A DNA stretch of 64,000 nucleotides, taken from assembly GCF_004010195.1 (NCBI RefSeq), contig NC_057720.1, forward strand, positions 35,018,711 to 35,082,710. Reading direction: 5' to 3'. This document shows positions 36,831 to 49,699 of this stretch, piece after piece. The notes under the pieces were generated by a model. That model was not told the DNA's origin. It saw only the letters and a program-made list of their open reading frames with translations, and searched no databases. Position 1 is the first letter of the stretch. Each line of letters starts with the position of its first letter. Both the position numbers and the translations under genes were made by a program. This DNA is from Chiloscyllium plagiosum (Eukaryota).

Positions 36831-38424
36831 TTTCTTTCCAAATCAAAAACAGAAATTCAGATTATATTGTACAGACAATTTGGGATCTGGACCCATTCAT
36901 TGCAGACTTTATCTACTTCTGTGGTTAGTCTTTATCATGACATGGAAACAACTGATGTGCCACCTTGCACTGCTGCCAAAAGCAGTGCCAGCAGTTCCAA
37001 TAACATGAACTGCACCAGCAGTCTACTCCTTAGCAATATTTCCCTCAAGTCGGATGGGATGGGCACTTTGACCAGCTAAAAGGAAGCAAGACTCCCTACA
37101 GGCAGATGATGAGCTCTTTCAAGCATCAGTGCATCAGAATGCCCAGGCTCTCACAGGAGGTCAATGCTAATATTTACAGCATTCTGGAAGACAAACCTCG
37201 TTCCCAGTGAAACAAGTGGGTATGCAAAACCAGTAGCCAACAAGGTGAGTGACAAGTTCCCCACCCATTGCACCGGGGTTCTTGTCAAGTTGTGAACTTT
37301 CTTCACCTCCAAGGAGAAGTAGCAGCAAAGGCTATGAATTAGTAATACCTTATATGAAGGGGATGGAAGGACACCATTGTGGATGGTGACTGTCAAATCT
37401 GGCTTTGAGATGATATTAGGCTGGAGATAAGTATGAGTGTTGGGTCAGAGATGGGGATCAGAGATGCCAACAGACAGAAGAATGAATGCAGTGACAAGGT
37501 ACACTGACCTGAGGTTTGCTGTAAAGGTAAGTGCGAGGCAAGTCAGAATGTAGAGTTTCAAAGCACAAGTGTTAATTCACTTAACCAACATGCACTTGTG
37601 GTCCCATACTGTCCAGGCTAAAATGATCACATTCCTTCCACTGACTTCATCAGCAACTTCCATCCCTGTTTGCTTGATTGGAAAGGACAACCTTTTCCTC
37701 CCACGCAGTAGAGATCATCACAGTCATCAGATCCCAGAATGACATCTCCAGGAAAGAGGGTTTTATCAAAAACAATTACATGTAAATGTGTTTAGTTGTT
37801 TTGAGGACCAAGTTTTATACTCAAGAAGATGATATTAGGAAATATAACATCAACATTGAGTGATCAGACATGGCAGGGATTATAAGCAAAGCAACAGTCT
37901 ATATATGCTTTCAGCCCTTCATCTCCAAATGTATGTTACTGCAAAGGTATGATATTTTTATATTTCCTATATTAGGCAGTCATTCTTGTGAAATTCATGA
38001 CTGACATAGCCAATTAGTGTTAAGTATGAATTTGTTCTTTAAATGTTTATGAATAGTTAGATTGCACAGTTAACCTGTGTGGTCTCAAAGTGAATTATTT
38101 ATTTAAGCAGCTGGGTAATCTTCAGCTGTCCTTGGATTCAAGGATGATGCTATGTGTCTTCATGTGAATGAACATGCCAAATCTCAACTCAGATTTTTGG
38201 ACACATGCAATAGGACATCCCACAAAATTATGGGAACTGGATTGCAGGATTTGCTTCCTTTTCTTTCCATTCAGCTTCACCATAAAGTCATTGGGACTCC
38301 AAGATTTTTTACATGGACAAGCAGGTTGTCACCATTTTGAGTGATTGGTAACAAAACTAATTTCAGTAATTAGTAATCTCAGTCTCAATTGTGAACATCA
38401 GTGCTGCTGCATGGAGAGCTATAG

Positions 38425-39708
38425 CATGGTTTTGTTCACGTTATATATTAATGATCTGGATGAAGGGACTAGGGGCATTCTAGCGAAGTTTGCCGATGAT
38501 ACAAAGTTAGGTGGACAGGCAGGTAGTACTGAGGAAGTGGGGAGGCTGCAGAAGGACCTAGACAGTTTGGGAGAGTGGTCCACGAAATGGCTGATGAAAT
38601 TCAATGTGAGCAAATGCGAGGTCTTGCACTTTGGAAAAAAGAATACAAGCATGGACTACTTTCTAAACGGTGAGAAAATTCAAAGTTTGTGCGAAGATTT
38701 GTAGCTCGGGTGCTCGTTGTTGTGGTTCTGTTCGCCGAGCTGGTGTACATGGTGTACAAAATACCATGCAAGGACTGCACTAAACACTATATAGGACAAA
38801 CAGGAAGACAGCTAACAATCCGCATACATGAACATCAACTAGCCACGAAACGACACGACCAGCTATCCTTAGTATCCACACACGCAGACAACAAGCAACA
38901 TGAATTCGACTGGGACAACACTACTATCGTGGGGCAAGCCAGACAGAGAACAGCCAGGGAATCCCTAGAGGCAGGGCATTCATCCACAAACTCCATCAAC
39001 AAACACATCGACCTGGACCCAATAAAGCAGGTTGTGTCCGTGATTAAGAAAGCGAATGCAATGTTGTCAATTATCTCAAAGGGGTTGGAATATAAAAGCA
39101 CTGTTGTGCTGCTGAGACTTTATAAGGCTCTGGTTAGGCCCCATTTGGAGTACTGTGTCCGGTTTTGGTCCCCACACCTCAGGAAGGACATACTGGACTG
39201 GAGCGTGTCCAGCAGAGATTCATATGGATGATCCCTGGAATGGTAGGTCTAACATATGAGGAACGGCTGAGGATCCTGTGATTGTATTCATTGGAGTTTA
39301 GAAGATTAAGGGGAGATCTAATAGAAACTTACAAGGTAATACATGGCTTGGAAAGGGTAGACACTAGGAAATTGTTTCCGTTAGTCGAGGAGACTAGGAC
39401 CCGTGGACACAGCCTTAGAATTAGAGGGGGTAAATTCAGAACAGAAATGTGGAGACATTTCTTCAGCCAGAGAGAGGTGGGCCTGTGGAATTCATTGCCG
39501 CAGAGTGCAGTGGAGGCCGGGCCGCTAAATGTCTTCAAGGCAGAGATTGATAAATTCTTGATGTCACAAGGAATTAAGGGCTATGGGGAGAATGCGGGTA
39601 AGTGGAGTTGAAATGACCATCAGACATGATTGAATGGTGGAGTGGACTCGATGGGCCGAATGGCCTTACTTCCACCCCTATGTCTTATGGTCTTATGGTC
39701 TTATGGTT
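38425..39708 (+). mobile_element. CR1 RT to 3' end, (CTTATGGT)n-tail subfamily, interrupted by a PLE fragment
   Basis: YINDLDEG...FADDTKLG; LVRPHLEYCVRFWSP; tail at ~39680-39707. Confidence 0.92.
38682..39024 (+). mobile_element. PLE GIY-YIG endonuclease fragment of a second PLE lineage (Poseidon-like)
   Basis: VYKIPCKDCTKHYIGQTGRQLTIRIHEH...HEFDWDNT...SINKH. Confidence 0.88.
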
Positions 39709-39759
39709 TTGTCTACCCCTGGAACTTTGGTCATTTAAGATTTCAGAAAATTAGACCTG

Positions 39760-41130
39760 CTGTCTACCTATCTGGACAGTGTTCATTCTTAATTGAGTTT
39801 GTAGGGGTTGTGCTTGAATGTTCGTAGATATGATTTCAAAAAGAATACAAGCATTTTCTTGATGTCCTCCACTCAAATCTAGAAGATTTTATTGAGGCTT
39901 ACTGTTGGAATTTTCCTACTGCCTTATGTGACACTAATACACAGTCCACTGTTGTTTGAGGGTATAGTGATGACAACTGCTCCGTATACTCAGACTATTT
40001 TCTTGACTTGAGAAGATCCTTAATTTCCAACACTCACTGTTGTAGAAGACTGAGCTAGTACGGCTGACCCAATGTTCAATCTTCTCATCAATGGTGGCCT
40101 TTTGAGACTGTTATGGCTGATAAGGTAGGGGGAGTGTTCAACAGATCAACATCTGTGGGAAGTAGAACCTTTGGCTGACCAGTTGAGAGTTGAGATATGG
40201 ATTTTGTTTTGAAAATATTCAAGGCCAAGTTTCTATTATGCAGAATTGAAGAGATCAAGAATAGAATATGAATCTGGTATAGAGTGGGCAATGACACTGG
40301 AGTCATCAACAAACTGTTAACCCCACATGTTAATGGGGACAGCTGGGGTTTAAAGAAGTTTATATCTAGGTGATATTTAATACGGACACCAGTGGGTAGT
40401 TGATATTTGAGGTGAACAGTTGAAATGACTCCACAAGGGCGCCGGTATCCCATCACAATTCACCCTTTATTTACACAGGAAGAGTTCTTGACACTGATCC
40501 AACTCCCTCACAGCCAGCTCTCAGAGTGAACAGAACCTCTGACACTCCTATTTATATCTGTCACCCAGGGCTCTCTGATTGGGCCAGGTTAACAGCCCCA
40601 ATCTGGGAACTCATATTCTATGATGTCCACCTGGCTGACCTCACTACAATCACTACACAGCTATTGTCAAGTAGTTTGTAAATTGCATGACAACTATCAA
40701 ACGACCTTACTTGACCACAATCCAGATTTTAATGATATGTTTGTCAGATCTTCCACTCAAGACATTTGCAATCATATCATTTTGAAGCAATTGCAGGATT
40801 GTAAGGATATGTTTTGACATCCAAATCCTTGGAGCAGAATCCACGGAGCCACACGATTTACTGAATCAAATGCTCTGGTTAAGTCCATTAATACAATAGG
40901 AGTTCTTGGTGTTGCTCTCTTAACATTTTTCTTTGACTTATTAAATGTCTTTTATCAAAGATCAATTTTGTTCATTTGTTTAATGTAATTCACAACATTG
41001 TCCTTTTTGAACCTTCTATTGTGAGGGTGTGCATCCATGCCATGTGCCCATAAAGACTTGTTAAAGCTATATTGAATCCTGCATCCATTACACTTTCTGG
41101 TGAGATGTTCCATTTCCTAACAATATTTAT
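39760..41130 (-). mobile_element. Very old RTE-type LINE RT remnant
   Basis: Minus strand of 40820-40940 reads approximately ...DLTRAFDSVNR..., the RTE RT motif. Confidence 0.5.
40421..40657 (-). mobile_element. Solo LTR (237 bp)
   Basis: TG...CA ends. On the minus strand: CCAAT (40578-40582), TATAAA (40551-40556), AATAAA (40466-40471) in LTR order. Flanks cagt/cagc look like an imperfect 4-bp TSD. Confidence 0.75.
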
Positions 41131-41359
41131 CTTGTTACATTTACTTTAATTCACTTGGCAGGTCACTGCATGTGGGTTAATTATTCGGTATGCAACATTG
41201 AAAGGCAAAGTATAAAGACAAAACATACAGCTCCTGAAACATACTATGTTAAGGTTTAGCTGTGTAGACCAATGAGAAAAAAAACAATAGCTTCAAAATT
41301 CTGGAATTGAAACATGTATCCTATAATCAACAGAGAGAAGACACTTAGATCCATCCACA

Positions 41360-41960
41360 AGAGAATCATAGTAGTTTACAGCAAAAAAACAGACTACTTG
41401 ATCTACAATGTCCATGTTTATACTATTAAACCAACCTCACTGATTAATTTCCTTCACAATGTCCTGTATCTTTGTGTTTAAGACATTTAGTTAACTTTCA
41501 CTTAAACATAATGGCCTCTGTCCTAGCTATCCCCTGTGACCAAGTATTCTGTCCTCTAAATGGCTTCTGCATTAAAAAAAATTCAGATCTCTCTTTTCAC
41601 ACTCTCAATGACAATTTTAAAATTATAATCTCAAGACATCATTCATTAACCTGTGGGAATTGCCATTCCTTAATTAATCTATTAAAATCACATATTTAAA
41701 AAAAAATCTCCTCTTAGCATTCTGTGGAAAAACTCTGGTATTTAAAGACTCTTCTAAAAAAGATAATTTGCTATATCTGGCATCATCCTGGTAAATTTAA
41801 TGTTAAGTGGTTCCAACAGCTTTAACGTCCTTTTCTGCGATGAAACAAACTATAAGCAGTCTGTGACTTGTAACACTACATAATTATTTCCTAAAATTGA
41901 TCACTGCTCTTGCATTCTATGTTGACATTTATAAAACTCAAAATGATGTTTAATGTTCTT
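41360..41960 (-). mobile_element. Very old CR1 3' remnant
   Basis: Residual motifs (ggcatcatcctggtaaattt, agagaatcatag tail). Confidence 0.5.
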
Positions 41961-42994
41961 ATCTGTGGAATGAATCAACATTTCAGAGGAAAGTTCTTCT
42001 ATTATAAAGGAATAAATGGTGAAGTTCTATCAGCTGATCATCTCAGGAGAATGTTTCTCAGGGAGACAAAAGAAAGGTGAAACAGGACAGGTTCACGATC
42101 ACTGCAACACATTTAAAAGGAAGATCAACTTTCCAGCAGCTAAGACCTTTATCCATGGGTTGAAAATCTATTTAACGTGACTGGCTGTGGATCCTTGCTC
42201 TTAGTGCTACAGAAGGGTTCCATTTCAAGGTTATTGTTATGGCATGGAATCTAACCTGATCTATGTGGTTTTACAGGAAATGTAATAGAAAACATTTCTG
42301 TGTAATTTGGAGAGTTGGGGTTGTTAAACCTGACTGGATTGACTTGAGAAACATTCTGCCAATTTTAGTTGACAGATTTTAACAGCAGTGATTCACTTAT
42401 TTGTTAAAACTATCTACCAGAATGGTTTTGCAGAAGGGAGTGCCTGAGCTCTCCGTTTGGTGCCCAGAGAAATCTTCCTGCTCCTTCTGAATTCACAAAG
42501 GAAGTACACGGATACTCACTGTGGCATTCTGCTCAGACACTGTTAAAATTGTAATCAGGGGAGTCAATGTGCCGGAGTGAACAATGACCCCGTCATTTAC
42601 TGTGCAGTTGCACCAGCTGCTCCCTGGATCGGAATGAATTTGTAACAAGTCAGCTTTTGGCAGTTCCAGAATGAGTAAGCAATCATGACCAATTTTAATG
42701 CTGATTTTTGGCAAGTGGTAAAAGGTTAAAATCTCTCATATTAAATAATCATTAGAGCTGAGGTTTTACAATTCCTTTTATGGGGAACTCCCATTTCTTT
42801 TAAGTATTATTGAATACTTGCAGATAAGGTTTGCTCTTGATCCAAAAGTAGTCACCTCATCTTTAATGATTTTGATTACCTATGATTTCAACAATTTGTA
42901 TTTATATAACAGTTTGTTGTAATAAAATGGCCCAAATACCAGGTATGTAGGGATTGTTTTCCAAGCAGACATTGAGTAGGTTGGACCTGTACTT

Positions 42995-44140
42995 AGAGTC
43001 AGAGATGTACAGCACGGAAACAGACCCTTCGGTCCAGCTCGTCCATGCCAACCAGATTTTCTAACCTAATCGAGTCTCATTTGCCAGCACTTGGCCCATA
43101 TCCCTCCCAACCCTTCCTATTCATATACCTATCCAGATGCCTTTTAAATGCAGCAATTGTACCAGACTCCACCACTTTCTCTGGCAGCCCATTCCACACA
43201 TGCACATCCCTCTGCGTGAAAAGGTTGCCCCCTTAGGCCCTTTTTATATCTTTCCCCTCTCACCCTAAATTTATGCCCTCTAGTTCTGGACCCACCCACC
43301 CCAAGGAAAAGATTTTGTCTATTTATCCTATCCATGTCCTTCATGATTTTATAAACCTCTATGAGGTCACCCTTCAGCCTCTGATGTTCCAGAGAAAAGA
43401 GCCCCAGCCTATTCAGGTTCTCCCTATAGCTTAGATCCTCTAACCCTGACAACATTCTTGTAAATCTTTTCTGAACTCTTTCAAATTTCACAACATCCCT
43501 CCGATAGGAAGGAAACCAGAATTGTACGCAATATTCCAAAAGTGGCCTGACCAACGTCCTGTACAGCCACAACTTGACCTCTCAATTCCTATACTCAATA
43601 CTCTGACCAATAAAGGAACATACCAAATGCTTTCTTCACTATCATATCACGGTGGCAGTACGGTGGCTCAGTGGTTAGCACTGCAGCCTCACAGTGCCAG
43701 GTACCCGGGTTTGATTCCAGCCTCGGGCGACTGTCTGTGTGGAGTTTGCACATTCTGTGTGGGTTTCCTCCAGTTTCCTCCCACAGTCCAAAGATGTGCA
43801 GGTCAGGTGAATTGGCCATGCTAAATTGCCCATAGTGTTAGGTGCATTAGTCAGAGGGAAATGGGTCTGGGTCGGTTACTCTTCAGAGGGTTGGTTTGGA
43901 CTTGTTGGGCTTAAGGGCCTGTTTCCATACTGTAGGGAATCTAAACTAATCATCTACCTGTGACTCTATGTTCAAGGAACTATGAATCTGCACTCCAAGG
44001 TCTCTTTGTTCTGCAGCACTCCCCAGAACCTTACCATTAAATGTATAAGTCCTGCTAAGATTTGCTTTCCTAAAATGCAGCAACTCGCATTTATCTAAAT
44101 TAAACTCCATCTGCCACTCCTCAGCCCTTTGGCCCATTTG
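42995..44140 (-). mobile_element. CR1/HER1-type LINE interrupted by an HE1 SINE
   Basis: ORFs 43144-43572 and 43946-44137 are collinear across the SINE. Confidence 0.93.
43650..43950 (+). mobile_element. HE1-type SINE, near full length
   Basis: tRNA-like head, conserved core, GGAATCTAA tail. Confidence 0.92.
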
Positions 44141-44144
44141 ATAA

Positions 44145-45120
44145 AGATCCCATTGTTGTTGGAATATAAAAGAATGAGAGGCAACTTTATTGAAACATAT
44201 AAGATCCTTAGAGAGGCGGATGTAGAAAGGTTGTTTCCAACTGTGGGAGAGTCTAGGACCACAGAGCTCAAATTCAGAATAAAGGTCACATGTTTAAGAA
44301 AGAAACAAGGAAGAATTTCTGTTAGAGTCATGCAGCACTGAAACAGTCTCTTTGGTCCAACCAATCCATGCCAACCATAATCCCAAGCTAAACTCATCTG
44401 CCTGCCTGCACTTGGCCCATATCTCTACAAACTTTTCTTATTCATGTACTTATCCAAATGTCTTTTAAACATTGTAACTTGGCCACATCCATCACTTTCT
44501 CTGGAAATTTATTCCACGCACGAACCATTCTCTGTAAAGATGTTTCCCCTCACACCTTTTTAAAATCCCTCTTCTCTCATCTTAAAAATATGCCCCTAGT
44601 CTTGAGATCCCCCACTCTAGGGAAAAGACACCTGCCATTCGCCCTCATGATTTTGTAAACCTCTACGAAAGGTCATCTCTCAATCTCCTATACTCCAGTG
44701 AAAAAAGTCCCAGCCTATCCAGCCTCTCTTTATAATTCAAACTCTCCATTCTCCGCAACATCTTGGTAAGTCTCTTCTGAACCCTCTCCAGCTTAATAAT
44801 GTCCTTCCAAAACAGGAATACCAGAGCCAGACACAGTACTTGAGAAAAGGCCTCACCAATGTCCTGTACAACCTGAGCTTAACAACCCAACTTCTGTACT
44901 CAAAAAAAATTCTTCAGAGTGTTTTGAATCTGTGGAATTCTTTACCACAGAGGTCTGTTGAGGTTTAGTCATTAAGTATGTTCAAGGCTGTCAGACAGAT
45001 TTTTAGGCAACAAGGAAATCAGAGATTATGAGGAGAGGGCAGGAAAGTGAGGTTACATTAAATGGTGGAGAAGCTTCAATGGGCAAAATGGTCTATTTCT
45101 GCTCCTATCTTGTGGTTTAA
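44145..45120 (+). mobile_element. Old CR1 3' end with a nested minus-strand CR1 (~44322-44902)
   Basis: RMRGNFIETYKILR... resumes after the insert as ...VLNLWNSLPQ. Confidence 0.8.
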
Positions 45121-45149
45121 ATGCTTCATACCAGCATGAAAAAACAAAA

Positions 45150-45470
45150 TATGACATAAAAGCAATGTATAGAGATATTAAGACAGATGACCAAAAATTT
45201 GGTCAGAGGTAGGTTTGAGGAGAGTCTAATAGCAGGAAAACAAGATAGAAAGGCTGAGAGCTTTAGGAAGAGATTTTCACAACCTAGAGTTCAGGCAACC
45301 GAGAGCACATTCACGAGAAAAGCAACAATTACAAGTGGGTTAGACAGAATTAATGGAGCTTAGATATTTTACAGTCATGGAGGATTGGAAGAGATTACAG
45401 AGATAGAGAGAAGTCAAATATTGGAGGGATTTGAAAACAGGAATGATAATTTTGAAATTATTAACATTGT
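45150..45470 (+). mobile_element. L2-like LINE 3' remnant (similar pieces at ~53660-53900 + and ~31300-31540 -)
   Basis: gaccaaaa.ttggtca.agag is shared with the 53750 copy; family assignment from recognition only. Confidence 0.4.
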
Positions 45471-46359
45471 TTAATCAGGGTGTTGAATGGTAGGGAATTA
45501 CAGTAGGTTAGGACTAGAACAGCAGCATTTTTAAGCAGTTTAATAAAAAATGAGATAAATGATAAAATCATAGAATAGTTAAAGCAAAGAGGGAGCAATT
45601 TGTGCAAGATGACTCTCTTAAGAACTAACTCTGTTAGTTCCCCTCCCCGACTTTTCCTGCAGAGCTGCAAACATTTTCCTCAAGGTGTTTTCCCTTTTGA
45701 CAACAATTATCATATCTGCTCCAACCAATCTTAGACATGGTTCAATACAAGAAGCATCGAGTTTTGTGGATTAATCCTCGCAAGCAAGGTTTCTTGTATC
45801 TGACCAAAGCCATCGCATTAATCGCTGTTCCAGTCTTTGTGATATGTATCACACCTGATTTACTCTCCACCTTACCATCCACCATTTCTGGAACAACTTG
45901 CTACTCAGAGATCCTGAGATTGACTAGCTCCTGGAACTGGTGCCATATTTAAAAGTTGTTGTGGACCCAGACAAGCACTGGAGCTGTTTTGCTCAGTCTC
46001 CAACATTTATCTCAAACTCGGCAAGAGGAAGCTATCGGTGCCCCACTTCACGGGGAAGGCGCTGAACCTCCTGCTGGATGGGGTAGTGCCAATGTGGGAT
46101 GCTCTCTTTCTCCAGACATGGCAGCGAAGGCCTCAACACCAGGCCATGCCAGCCTAGTCTGAGGTTGCCACCCAGGATGGATCAGTCTCTACCATCCAGA
46201 GGAACAGCCAGCACTAAAATCAGGTCAATATTTTTCACCACTCCACCCACATAAATACCACCAGCTTCTCTCTGATACCTCGCACACACCTCTCTCTGCA
46301 ACAACATTCACCTCCCACCAAGCCTCATACTCCATCATTCTCATTAATGCCTGTAACGT

Positions 46360-46700
46360 AGGGTTATACAGCTCAGAAGTAGACCAACTCATCCATACTG
46401 ACCAGATATTCCTCAATTTATTTTGTCCCATTTGCCAGCATTTGGCCTATATCGCTCTAAATCCTTCCTATTCGTGTGCTCATCCAGATGCCTTTTAAAT
46501 GTGGTAATTGTACCCCTCTCCATCACATCCTGTGGCAGCTTGTTCCATACACACACCATCCTCTATATGAAAATGTTGCCCCTCAGGTCCCTTTAAATCT
46601 TCTTCCTTTCACCTTAAACCTAAGCTCTCTAGTTTTGGACACCCCAATCCTGGGGGAAAAAAGAGATCTTGGCTATTCACCATATTCATGCCCCTCACCT
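46360..46700 (-). mobile_element. CR1 3' fragment
   Basis: catccagatgccttttaaatg...ttgcccctcaggtcc. Confidence 0.8.
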
Positions 46701-47649
46701 TCCCCATTCACTATCATCAACTCCAACCTACTACATCACAACCAACCCCAAATGCCCTCTGCATTGCAAATTCCCTCACTTGGGATACTTCATCACTTGT
46801 AGCAGCAGGAATAGATGTACCACACACTTTCAACTTCTGTAATACCTGCTTATCTCATTCCAGAAGCAAATAAAGCCCACAACAGTGAAGAAAGAAGCAG
46901 AACAGATGGCACACTATCTGTCTCTTGACACCTCAATCTTTATGAGCAGACTACCCTGTCTCTGACAACCCTGAAAAGGGCCTGGATGGTATTGGAGGCC
47001 AATGTGCAGGATCCTCTGAGTGAAGGCTTATCTGGACTGAGGCATGTTGATAACTGGGACAAGCTTCCTGCTTTTGGACCTGTGTTAAATGGCACAGCAA
47101 GACACTAGTAATATGAACCTGGTATATCTGGCTGAAGGGGCTATGTAAAAAGGATGAACACAGGCTGGTGGCAGAGTAAAGAGCAAGAATGCAGACCAAT
47201 GACAGTGCTAAGAGGAGGAGCACACAACTGTGGTGATGTAAGTAGTGGAAACAAAGAGGGTGGAGGAGTGAAGAGGCGGAATGCAAGGCAGTGGCAGTGT
47301 AAAGAGAAGGATCACCGAGTGGTGGATGTTTGAAGGTGAAAGCAGAGATGGTGGCAACGTAAAGAGCAGGACGATGCCAATGTAACCCAGTGTGGTGGCA
47401 GCGTAAAGAGTTAAATTACAGCATTCAAAAAAGAATCAAAGCTTGGCCTCACAAGGTAAGTAATTGGTTGGTAAGTATTTTTCTCTTTTGTCATTCTGAA
47501 CTAGTGCATTTATTCAAGCTTGGAGGTGGAAAATCATGAATTTCATTTACCATTAGAGTAACAGTATGTGAATAATGATACAATCATAAACAAGCCTGGA
47601 GTTTATAAACTCAAATTAATACATTTCAACAAAACAAAATAACTTGTTT

Positions 47650-49140
47650 TTTTAAAGAGGGCAGGCAGATGTTTTACATTATGAATGAGCAGCTGGAACC
47701 TTGCTGCAATTTCTGTGAGATGTCTGGACACTTCATGTGTCTTCAATGTGTATTGGAAGTGTATCCAAATGATCCTGTTCGAGCTCAGGGCGATGAGCTC
47801 AAGAAACAGCTTGTGTCATTGCAGAGCAGCAGGGAGAAGGAGTGGTTTTCGGATGGTATGTTCTAGGAGTTAGCAGTGAGAGTTCAGGATAGCAGGTGGG
47901 TAACCCTCCAGAAAAGTAGTAAGAGGTAAGAATTATCTCTATCTTATAGGGTATGTGCCATTCTCAAAGAGGTATCCAGTGTTGGAGACAGCTGCAAGTA
48001 GTGCTACCCTGAAATAATGCATTCCAGACCATTGCACCAACAGGTATAGGGCTGCACAGAAGGAATATATCAAACAGTAGCAATGCAATTGTTATAGGTG
48101 ATTCTAAAGTCAAGGGGACCAACAGGCATTTCTGTAGCTGTCACTGTGAGTCCTGCTTCGTGTATTGCTTCCCTGGTAGCAAAAGGACATGATGTATGGG
48201 TTGCAGGATATTCTGCAAGGAAAAGTTATGGTATCAATGTAGTTAAAAAGTAAGACTTTGACCATAGCAATTTCTAGGTAAAAACAAGGACTGCAGATGC
48301 TGGAAACCAGATTCTAGATTAGAGTGGAGCTAGAAAAGCACAGTATTTCAGGCAGCATCCGAGGAGCAGGAAAAATCGACGTTTTGGGCAAAAGCCCTTC
48401 ATCAGGAATCCTGATGAAGGGCTTTTTGCCCGAAACGTTGATTTTCCTACTCCTCGTATGCTGCCTGAACTGCTGTGCATTTCCAGCACCACTCTAATCT
48501 AGAACCAAGATACTAATTTCTGGATTACTCCCAGTGCCAAGCTAGAAGATAGGATGACGATATGGATATTTCTAATCAATCTGTTCAGAGATATAGTTAC
48601 ACACCACTGGAGAAGGTAGAAATTCAACTCGGGTTATCTTGGCTCAGGAGATAGGGACACCATCATTGCATCACAAAAGTCCACACAGGAAGGCTATATT
48701 CCTAGTTTGACTCATGGAGTAGAAGGTAGGGTGTGAGATTATTGGAAATTGGGACCAATTCTGGGGCAGGACGTACCTCAAATGGAAAAGACTGCACCTT
48801 GACTGGGAACAATGCCTTTAAAAAAAAGTTCACTAATAATATTGATGAAGAGGGCTAAATTATATTGACAGAGGCACAGGCACCAGCACATAGAAGGAGC
48901 AAATCAAAATAAGGTGCATAGAGGAAAGTGTTGAGCAGTACCAAATGAGAGATGAGTGAATAGGAGTAAATTATGAAGCATTACAGGCAAACATTGGATG
49001 AAGAAGCATGTGTGGTGAATAAGGCTGGTGAGCTATAAGCACAAATACTAGTGTGGAAACATGAAGTAAGGCCAATAACGGAAGCAACCCTTAAAACTCA
49101 TGAGAATTGGGCACTTAATATTCAAGTATATAACATGTTC
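47650..49140 (+). mobile_element. Degraded CR1 5' portion: ORF1 (Cys-rich plus SGNH esterase) and start of ORF2
   Basis: C..C...C..C followed by a coiled-coil-like run (ORF 47669-47866); AIVIGDS.V.GT..HFC....VYCFPG at ~48084-48177, the CR1 ORF1 esterase motif. Confidence 0.7.
48278..48504. mobile_element. PLE-derived hairpin element
   Basis: Inverted arms 48312-48407 and 48409-48504, centre 48408; hammerhead core CTGATGA...GAAACGTT at 48411-48439. Confidence 0.9.
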
Positions 49141-49699
49141 AGATGTGATAGTATAGGAACCATTACCAGCTGCTGCTGTCTTTAACATTGAATTCAACAA
49201 CTTTAGATCAAAAGAAGGTCTCCCATTTTCTCTGTCTTTCATTGACAAATTTAATTCTTCTTCCTTCAAAAGGCTTAATCTGTTGAATGTTTCCAACATT
49301 TCCCATTCTTTAGATTTTCAGGATTTGTATTATTTTGTTTTTGTAGCAATGGATGTATATCAAACTGCACAGTAACCTCTCTCACCTCAACATTTTTTTC
49401 TCAAAAAGCCAGCATGTTTTGTTTCATCCAACATGAGAAAAGAGAATTTGCATTGGTGTATATGATTAAACAATGATCTACAAACAAATACATGCAGGCT
49501 CATGTCTGAATTAATAAATGCTTTGAATAAATGGTAGTTTAAAGAGAATTACTCTCCAAGAATTTATTAATCCAAGCCACCTCCCTATTTTACTGAGAAA
49601 AACCCGAGAACAGTTTAAATAAATCCTTAGGCTTTAGCTCAGATTTTGCATCTTTTGACAGTGGTAGTGAGGGGTCCTAAACTTACAAGCATTTTAGTA

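Noticed and set aside
36900..37760. Possible Harbinger/Myb-SANT transposon remnants here and at ~20330-21430
   Set aside because: Only a faint resemblance; no clear terminal inverted repeats or continuous frame.
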